64,000 bases of DNA from Longimicrobiales bacterium (GTDB lineage Bacteria; Gemmatimonadota; Gemmatimonadetes; Longimicrobiales; RSA9): positions 18,757 to 82,756 of the forward strand of contig DASVDH010000112.1 of assembly GCA_036381195.1 (NCBI GenBank). Direction: 5' to 3'. The position numbers were made by a program, and so were the translations under genes. Shown piece by piece: positions 58,512 through 64,000 of the stretch. Numbering within the stretch: the stretch's first letter is position 1; each line of letters opens with the position of its first letter. The notes under the pieces were generated by a model. The model had not been told where the DNA came from and did not search any database. It saw only the letters and a list, made by a program, of their open reading frames with translations.

Positions 58512-59231
58512 CTAGAGCGAAACCTGCCGCTCCCGCAGCCGCGGCACCACCGAGTGCCGGTCCACGGTCGCGCAATACATCACATCGTCACCGTGCCCGA
58601 TCTCCCGCAGTTGGCGCCCCGCGGCCGAGCGGTGGAGCCAGCTCTCCAGTCTGCGGGTTGCCCGCCGCGCCAGCGACATCGCTACCGCCGCCGCATCGTT
58701 CCCCCGCGGCGCACGCTCCAGCCGCTCGCGCAGCCGCAGGGCCAGCATCCCGGCGCACAACGCGTCCTCCAGCGCGAAACGCCGCTCGCGCCCCGCGCAC
58801 ACCACCGCGACGTCCTCACCCGCCCCCGCCAGCTCCGTCACCACCGCGTCCAGGTTGGACAGCGCCGCGATCACGACCTGACGCGCACCCGCACACGTCG
58901 ACAGCGCCGGCGTCCCGTTCGTCGTCGCCATCACCAGCACCTTGCCCGCGACCCGCCCCGCCGTGAACTCCAGCGGCGAGTTGCCCAGGTCGAACCCCGG
59001 GATCTTCAGCCCGCGCCGCTCCCCGCACAGCAGCACGTCCTGACGCCCCAACACCTGCGCGAGCTGGACCGCATCGTCCGCCGTCTGCGTCGGGAAGATG
59101 GTGCGTGCCCCGTTCGCCAGGGCTTCCACGATCGTGCTCGTCGCCCGGAGCACGTCGATCACCACCGCGATCCGGCCGCCCAGCTCGCTCGTGCCCAGCT
59201 CTCCGGGCGTGAAGTAGACGTCGATCCTCAC
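58512..59231 (-). CDS. 2-phosphosulfolactate phosphatase (ComB) family protein
   Basis: 239 aa. Motifs [11 protein letters not shown] and [20 protein letters not shown] 59231 overlaps the accC stop (GTGA). Confidence 0.78.
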   Translation of the reverse strand: MRIDVYFTPGELGTSELGGRIAVVIDVLRATSTIVEALANGARTIFPTQTADDAVQLAQVLGRQDVLLCGERRGLKIPGFDLGNSPLEFTAGRVAGKVLVMATTNGTPALSTCAGARQVVIAALSNLDAVVTELAGAGEDVAVVCAGRERRFALEDALCAGMLALRLRERLERAPRGNDAAAVAMSLARRATRRLESWLHRSAAGRQLREIGHGDDVMYCATVDRHSVVPRLRERQVSL

Positions 59232-60592
59232 GTCCCCACCACAGCCCGGCTCGCCATCCGGCGCTCGAGGTACTTCGTGTCCACTTCACCCGCGACGAAC
59301 TCCGGCTCCTGGATCAGCTCCAGGAGGAACGGGATCGTCGTCTGCACACCCTCGATGATGAAAGACTCGAGCGCCAGGCGCATCCTGGCCAGCGCCTCCT
59401 CGCGCGTGTTCCCGTGCACGATCAGCTTTCCGATCAGCGAGTCGTAATACGCAGGGACGCGATACCCCGCGTACGCATGCGTGTCGACCCGCACGCCCGG
59501 CCCGCCCGGCGGATGGAAGATCGTGATCGTCCCGGGGCTCGGCTGGAAGTTCCGCGCCGGATCCTCCGCGTTGATCCGGCACTCGATCGCGTGCCCCCGC
59601 AGCTCCAGCGGGCGGTCGTTCGGCACCGTCATCGGCTCGCCCGCCGCGATCCGGATCTGCTCCTTCACCAGGTCCACGCCCGTGACCAGCTCCGTCACCG
59701 GGTGCTCGACCTGGATCCGCGTGTTCATCTCCATGAAGTAGAAGCGGCCGTCTTCGTCCAGCAGGAACTCGATCGTCCCCGCGGAGACGTAGCCGATCGC
59801 CTCCGCCCCTCGCACCGCCGCCTCGCCCATCGCCCGCCGCAGATCCGGCGTCAGCGCCGGCGACGGCGCCTCCTCGATCAGCTTCTGGTGGCGGCGCTGG
59901 ATCGAGCAGTCGCGCTCGCCCAGATGCACCACCCGGCCGTGCTTGTCCCCCAGCACCTGGAGCTCGATGTGCCGCGGCCGCGCCAGATAGCGTTCCAGGT
60001 ACACCGACGGATCGCCGAACGCGGCCTGTGCCTCGCGCTGCGCCATCTGGAACTGCGCCGCGAAGCTCGCCTCGTCCGGCGCCACCCGCATCCCCTTGCC
60101 ACCGCCTCCCGCCGCCGCCTTGATCAGCACCGGGAACCCGATCTCGCGCGCCGTCGCGAGCGCCTCGTCCACGCTCGCCACCGCGCCCTCGCTCCCCGGC
60201 ACCGTAGGCACCCCCACCGACGCCATCGTCCGCCGCGCCACGGCCTTGTCCCCCATCTGCCGGATCTGCTCGGCCGTCGGTCCGATGAACGCGATCTCCG
60301 AGCGCTCGCAGATCTCCGCGAACTCCGCGTTCTCCGCGAGGAAGCCGTAGCCGGGATGGATCGCCTCCGCCCCCGTCACTTCCGCCGCCGCGATGATGCG
60401 CGGGATGTTCAGGTAGCTCTCCCGCGCCGGCGCCGGGCCGATGCAAACGTCCTCGTCCGCGAAGCGCACGTGCAGCGAGTCACGGTCCGCTTCGCTGTAC
60501 ACCGCCACCGTCCGGATGCCCATCTCCCGGCAGGCGCGGATCACCCGGAGCGCGATCTCGCCCCGGTTCGCGATCAGGATCTTTCTGAACAT
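59228..60592 (-). CDS. accC: Acetyl-CoA carboxylase biotin carboxylase subunit
   Basis: ATG 60592 ([21 protein letters not shown]). ATP-grasp motif GGGGKGMRV. Confidence 0.96.
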   Translation of the reverse strand: MFRKILIANRGEIALRVIRACREMGIRTVAVYSEADRDSLHVRFADEDVCIGPAPARESYLNIPRIIAAAEVTGAEAIHPGYGFLAENAEFAEICERSEIAFIGPTAEQIRQMGDKAVARRTMASVGVPTVPGSEGAVASVDEALATAREIGFPVLIKAAAGGGGKGMRVAPDEASFAAQFQMAQREAQAAFGDPSVYLERYLARPRHIELQVLGDKHGRVVHLGERDCSIQRRHQKLIEEAPSPALTPDLRRAMGEAAVRGAEAIGYVSAGTIEFLLDEDGRFYFMEMNTRIQVEHPVTELVTGVDLVKEQIRIAAGEPMTVPNDRPLELRGHAIECRINAEDPARNFQPSPGTITIFHPPGGPGVRVDTHAYAGYRVPAYYDSLIGKLIVHGNTREEALARMRLALESFIIEGVQTTIPFLLELIQEPEFVAGEVDTKYLERRMASRAVVGT

Positions 60593-60626
60593 GGGATTGC
60601 GTGCAGTCGCGTCGCTCCCGATGCCT

Positions 60627-60647
60627 CCCACCCGCCCCTCCCGCCCC
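60627..60647 (-). other. G-quadruplex motif in the accB-accC intercistronic region, on the sense strand
   Basis: Minus strand reads GGGG-C-GGG-A-GGGG-C-GGG-T-GGG. That is five G-runs separated by 1-nt loops, 35-55 nt upstream of the accC ATG. Confidence 0.6.
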
Positions 60648-60731
60648 GTCGATCGGCGAGCGGAGACGACCGCCCTCGCGGCCCGGGCTCCATACGACTG
60701 TCGTGTCTGGGAGGATGCGGGCGGAGGTGAT

Positions 60732-61463
60732 TCAGGAACGCGTACCGATCGGCTCGATCCGGAACAGCACCTGCCCGTACTCCACGGGCTCCGCGTTCTC
60801 GACCAGGATCTCCCGCACGATCCCGTCGACCTCGGACTCGAGCTCGTTCATCAGCTTCATCGCTTCCAGAATACAGAGCGTCTGGCCTTTCGTCACCGTG
60901 CTCCCCACTTCCACGTAGGGCGGCGCCTCTGGCGCCGGCGCCGCGTAGAACGTGCCCACCATTGGCGACTTGACCTCGACCAGCTCCCGCGCCGGCGCGG
61001 GCGCCGGCTCCGGTGCCGGGGCGGCAGGCACGGCCGGCGCGGCCTCCGCCGCACCGGGCCCCGACGGCGCCGTGGCCCCGCCGGCCTGCGCCGCGATCAC
61101 CGGCGCTGGCACCGGCGCGACCGGCGCCGCCACCGCCGGGCCGGCGACCACCGCCGGGCTCTTCGAGATGCGGATGCGCGTCCCGGCGCGCGCGATCTCG
61201 AGCGAGTCGATCCCGCTCTCGTCGACCACCGCGATCAGCGCCCGCAAGAAATCGATCTCGATCATCGGCCGCACAGACCCCGCGCCTCGTCCTCCCTTCC
61301 CGTTCTCCAGCCCCCCTGCCGGGGCATCCACTCCATCCGTCGCGGCGCTCCGCGCGCGGCCGCCGCTCGTCTCCGACCGCGCCCCGCGCCCGGCCGCCCC
61401 ACCTGCCTTGCGGCCGGTGCTCGACCGCCGCGTCACCGACGGCTGCTCTCCGCTCTTCGGCAT
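60732..61463 (-). CDS. accB: Acetyl-CoA carboxylase biotin carboxyl carrier protein
   Basis: C-terminal biotinyl domain with [11 protein letters not shown] 61463 has a strong SD (AAGGGAGGGG, 6-nt spacing) and GC-rich third positions. An alternative ATG at 61265 (MIEIDF) would give the usual ~177-aa form. Confidence 0.9.
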   Translation of the reverse strand: MPKSGEQPSVTRRSSTGRKAGGAAGRGARSETSGGRARSAATDGVDAPAGGLENGKGGRGAGSVRPMIEIDFLRALIAVVDESGIDSLEIARAGTRIRISKSPAVVAGPAVAAPVAPVPAPVIAAQAGGATAPSGPGAAEAAPAVPAAPAPEPAPAPARELVEVKSPMVGTFYAAPAPEAPPYVEVGSTVTKGQTLCILEAMKLMNELESEVDGIVREILVENAEPVEYGQVLFRIEPIGTRS

Positions 61464-61551
61464 GCCGCCCCTCCCTTACTGAATTCCGGGACCCAGCGCC
61501 GGCGGGCTCACCACGCTCCGCCAGTCCCCCTCGCCGCGCCACCCGCCGCCG

Positions 61552-62013
61552 TCACCGGGCGGCTCGGAGATGCGCGACGAGACCCCTCAGTCCCAGCAAG
61601 TAGCTCTCTGTTCCGAAACCCGCGACCGTGCCCACCGCTCGCGCCGCCAGCAGCGAACGGTGACGGAACGGCTCGCGCGCCTGCGGATTCGTGATGTGAA
61701 CCTCCACGAACGGCCGGGCCACACCGACCAGCGCGTCCAGGATCGCCACGCTCGTGTGCGTGTACGCACCCGCATTGACCACGTACCCCGAAACCCGCTC
61801 CGCGCTCACCTGGATCCAGTCCACCAGCTCCCCTTCGCCGTTCGACTGGAACACCTCCAGCTCCACGCCCAGCTCGCCCGCGACCGCGCGCAGCGCCTCG
61901 TTCACCTCGTCCAGCGTCGCGCGCCCGTACACCTGCGGCTCGCGCCGGCCCAGCAGGTTCAGGTTCGGGCCGTGCAGCACACCCACTCTCAACGCTTCAA
62001 GCTTTGCAGCCAA
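61552..62013 (-). CDS. aroQ: Type II 3-dehydroquinate dehydratase
   Basis: Motifs VLHGPNLNLLGRREP and HITNPQAREPFRH. The track start is TTG 62013, which overlaps the upstream gene by 25 nt. GTG 61986 is an alternative. Confidence 0.9.
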   Translation of the reverse strand: MAAKLEALRVGVLHGPNLNLLGRREPQVYGRATLDEVNEALRAVAGELGVELEVFQSNGEGELVDWIQVSAERVSGYVVNAGAYTHTSVAILDALVGVARPFVEVHITNPQAREPFRHRSLLAARAVGTVAGFGTESYLLGLRGLVAHLRAAR

Positions 62014-63902
62014 GCCCGGAACATCTCCAGGTCATCATCGTCATCCTCCTCCCCCCGTTCGGCCGCCGCCCCAGTCGCCGACGACGTCTCGTGCGGCTGC
62101 ACCTCCTGCGCCGCGCCCTCTTCCGCAGCGGCATCACCCTCCGGCTCCGCCTGCGCCCCGGGCCTCCAATCGAGTAGCTGCGCCAGGTACTCGCCGACCG
62201 TCGGCTCGCCCGGTACGCCCTCCGCCTCCCCCTGCCCCTGCTCCAGCCATGCGTACGGGCTCACATCCGCGGCAGGCGCACCCTCCCCGCCCGTCCACAT
62301 CGCTTCCACCTCTTCCACCCGCGCTCCTCCCGCCGCGACGGGCGCGCCCCCCCTCGGCCCGACGACCTCCCAACCGGCCCCGCTCTCCTCTCCGGCCGCC
62401 TCCCCGGCAAGGCGCGCCTCCGCCTCGCGCAGCCGCGCCTCCAGCCGCGCCTCACCCGGACGCGCTGCGACGAGCTGCCGGTAAAGCCCCACCGCCCGCT
62501 CCACGAGACCCTGCGCCAGGTAGAGCTCCGCAAGCGTCTCTGTCACGACCTCCCCACCCGGCGCTTCTCCTCCTTGCTCGATGCCCGCCCCCGCCGTCCC
62601 GCTGGCGGACTCCGCCGCGGTGGCCGGTCCGCCGCCCGCCTCAGCCCCTTCTGCCGCCTGCATCGCTGCGCCCACGCCCGCGTCCTCGCCGATCGGGAAG
62701 CCGTGCGACTCGGCCGCCGCACCCGCCGGCGGGCTCGCTGCGCCCACATCGCTGGCTCCTGCCGCGGGCGCCACAGTGCCGGCAGCGCCGATTCCTGGCG
62801 CGGGTGTCACGGTGCCGGAATCGCTGACCCCTGCCCAGGGTGTCGCGGTGGCGGCATCGGTGACTCCTGCCCAGGGTGTCGCGGTGGCGGCATCGCCGAC
62901 TTCCGCCCCGGGGATTGCGGTGCCGGCGTCGCCCACTTCCGCCCCGGGGGTTGCGCCGCTGGCATCGCCAACTCCTGCCCCGGGCGTTGCAGCGCTGGCT
63001 TCGCCGGCTTCCGCCCTGAGGGTTGCGGCGGTGGCACCGCCGGCTTCCGCTCCGGGTGTGGCGACGCTGGCATCGCCGGCTCCTGCCGCCGGGCTCCAGG
63101 GATCGCTGGTCCCCTCCACATCCGCTGCCACGGCGCTTCCGGCCGCCTCCGCCCACGCCGCGGCTGCGCTCTCCTCCGCCACCACCGGCTCGACGCCGGC
63201 GCGGTCCGGCTCCACGGCCGCCCCTTCGAGGTCCGGCGTCCGATCCTCCGCGGGCTCCGCTGCGAGCGGCGAGGCCTCGGCCCCCTCTCGCGGACCCGCC
63301 TGCACGCCATCCGCGTACTCCGCACCCGCAGGCGCGTCCTCCTCGCCCCCTCTACCGCTCCCCGCGTCGGGCTCCGCCGCCTCGGACCCGACCGCTGCCG
63401 GCTCCCCCTGCACCTCCTCCTCCGCCAGCGGCGTCCAGGCCTCCAGCGGGATCGCCGCCGACTCGGGGTCCAGGTACTCATCCTCGAATAGCAGCGAGTG
63501 GCTGCCCGGCGGCAGATCGGTCAGGGCGCCGACCTCGATGTCCAGTTCCTCGAAGGCCTGGTCGTCCGGCCCCGCGCCCGCAGCGGGTGAGGTCTCCGCG
63601 CCGGCGTCTCCCCGGGCCTCCTGATGCTCCTCTCCCGTGGCATCCGCGGCCGCGCCTTGCGCGGCCGCGAACGCCTCCGGCTCCGCAGTGGCCGCCTCGG
63701 CCGGCGCCGCGCCGCTCGCCTCGCCCGGAACTGCGGGTGGCCCTGCATCACGCGCCTCGACCGCCGCCGCCTCCGCCGCCCCGGCCTCCCACGCACCGGG
63801 CCCCGGCTCCGCCGCCGGGAGCGCCTCGTCCGCGGCCGACGACGGCGCGGCCGCCCCGGCCGGATCCGCGCCGCCCTGCACGGCCGCCGCACCCGACGGC
63901 AT
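61989..63902 (-). CDS. Acidic Ala/Glu/Gly/Pro-rich repeat protein with a TPR/FimV-C-terminal-like helical motif
   Basis: 637-aa ORF from ATG 63902, though the frame may continue past the right edge. About ten 12-aa tandem repeats. TLAELYLAQGLVERAVGLYRQLVAARPGEARLEARLREAE near the C-terminus. Ends in DDDDDLEMFRAWLQSLKR. Confidence 0.6.
   Translation of the reverse strand: MPSGAAAVQGGADPAGAAAPSSAADEALPAAEPGPGAWEAGAAEAAAVEARDAGPPAVPGEASGAAPAEAATAEPEAFAAAQGAAADATGEEHQEARGDAGAETSPAAGAGPDDQAFEELDIEVGALTDLPPGSHSLLFEDEYLDPESAAIPLEAWTPLAEEEVQGEPAAVGSEAAEPDAGSGRGGEEDAPAGAEYADGVQAGPREGAEASPLAAEPAEDRTPDLEGAAVEPDRAGVEPVVAEESAAAAWAEAAGSAVAADVEGTSDPWSPAAGAGDASVATPGAEAGGATAATLRAEAGEASAATPGAGVGDASGATPGAEVGDAGTAIPGAEVGDAATATPWAGVTDAATATPWAGVSDSGTVTPAPGIGAAGTVAPAAGASDVGAASPPAGAAAESHGFPIGEDAGVGAAMQAAEGAEAGGGPATAAESASGTAGAGIEQGGEAPGGEVVTETLAELYLAQGLVERAVGLYRQLVAARPGEARLEARLREAEARLAGEAAGEESGAGWEVVGPRGGAPVAAGGARVEEVEAMWTGGEGAPAADVSPYAWLEQGQGEAEGVPGEPTVGEYLAQLLDWRPGAQAEPEGDAAAEEGAAQEVQPHETSSATGAAAERGEEDDDDDLEMFRAWLQSLKR
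62740..63095. repeat. 36-bp (12-codon) tandem repeats, about 10 units, inside the acidic repeat protein gene
   Basis: CCCAGGGTGTCGCGGTGGCGGCATCG recurs at 62834 and 62870. The encoded units read ATPGAEVGDAGT, AIPGAEVGDAAT, ATPWAGVTDAAT, ATPWAGVSDSGT and so on. Confidence 0.85.
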
Positions 63903-64000
63903 GTGTTCGGCGGCCCCGGCGGGACCGTGTCCGCCTGCCGCCTCGACCTGCCCCGCCGTCCCGGCCTCCCCGGCCGTCTCGGCTTCCTCCGCCCTGTCGG

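Overview
Very GC-rich window (about 70% by eye, not computed), densely packed with core-genome genes. Lnt, a LolA-like protein, SpoIID/LytB and an OMP-like protein point to a diderm bacterium. A Gemmatimonadota-like lineage is only a low-confidence guess. I support 58 protein genes, 57 of them on the minus strand. They fall into these groups. (1) Central metabolism: glyA, a leucine dehydrogenase/acyl-CoA dehydrogenase/hbd/thiolase cluster, pta, coaD, accB, accC, aroQ, hemL, tmk. (2) DNA and cell-cycle functions: recJ, dnaG, mutS2, dprA, ftsK, and a DnaQ-like exonuclease. (3) Translation and ribosome functions: rsmA, rsmD, prmA, prmC, prfA, rpmE, rimO, obg. (4) Proteostasis: hrcA, dnaJ, an S41 peptidase. 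(5) Envelope: lnt, LolA-like, SpoIID. (6) A Rex repressor with a textbook Rex operator. (7) A STAS/kinase/GAF-PP2C partner-switching module. (8) An inositol-3-phosphate synthase plus CDP-alcohol phosphatidyltransferase pair. I see no rRNA, tRNA, CRISPR, transposase, integrase or recognisable defence genes, and no convincing novel multi-gene system. The features not explained by standard annotation are listed here. (a) A 37-bp tandem repeat array with G-quadruplex motifs upstream of rpmE. (b) The single plus-strand ORF, which sits between repeat-laden spacers. (c) A large acidic protein with about ten 36-bp tandem repeats at the right edge. (d) Tandem duplications straddling the stop codons of prmA and obg. 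(e) Several unusual translational couplings: ADI with the exonuclease, accC with a ComB-like gene, and coaD with pta. Many ORF-track entries are in-frame run-ons or antisense artefacts typical of high-GC DNA. The track also counts GTG and TTG as starts, so I re-derived start codons from the sequence where possible.
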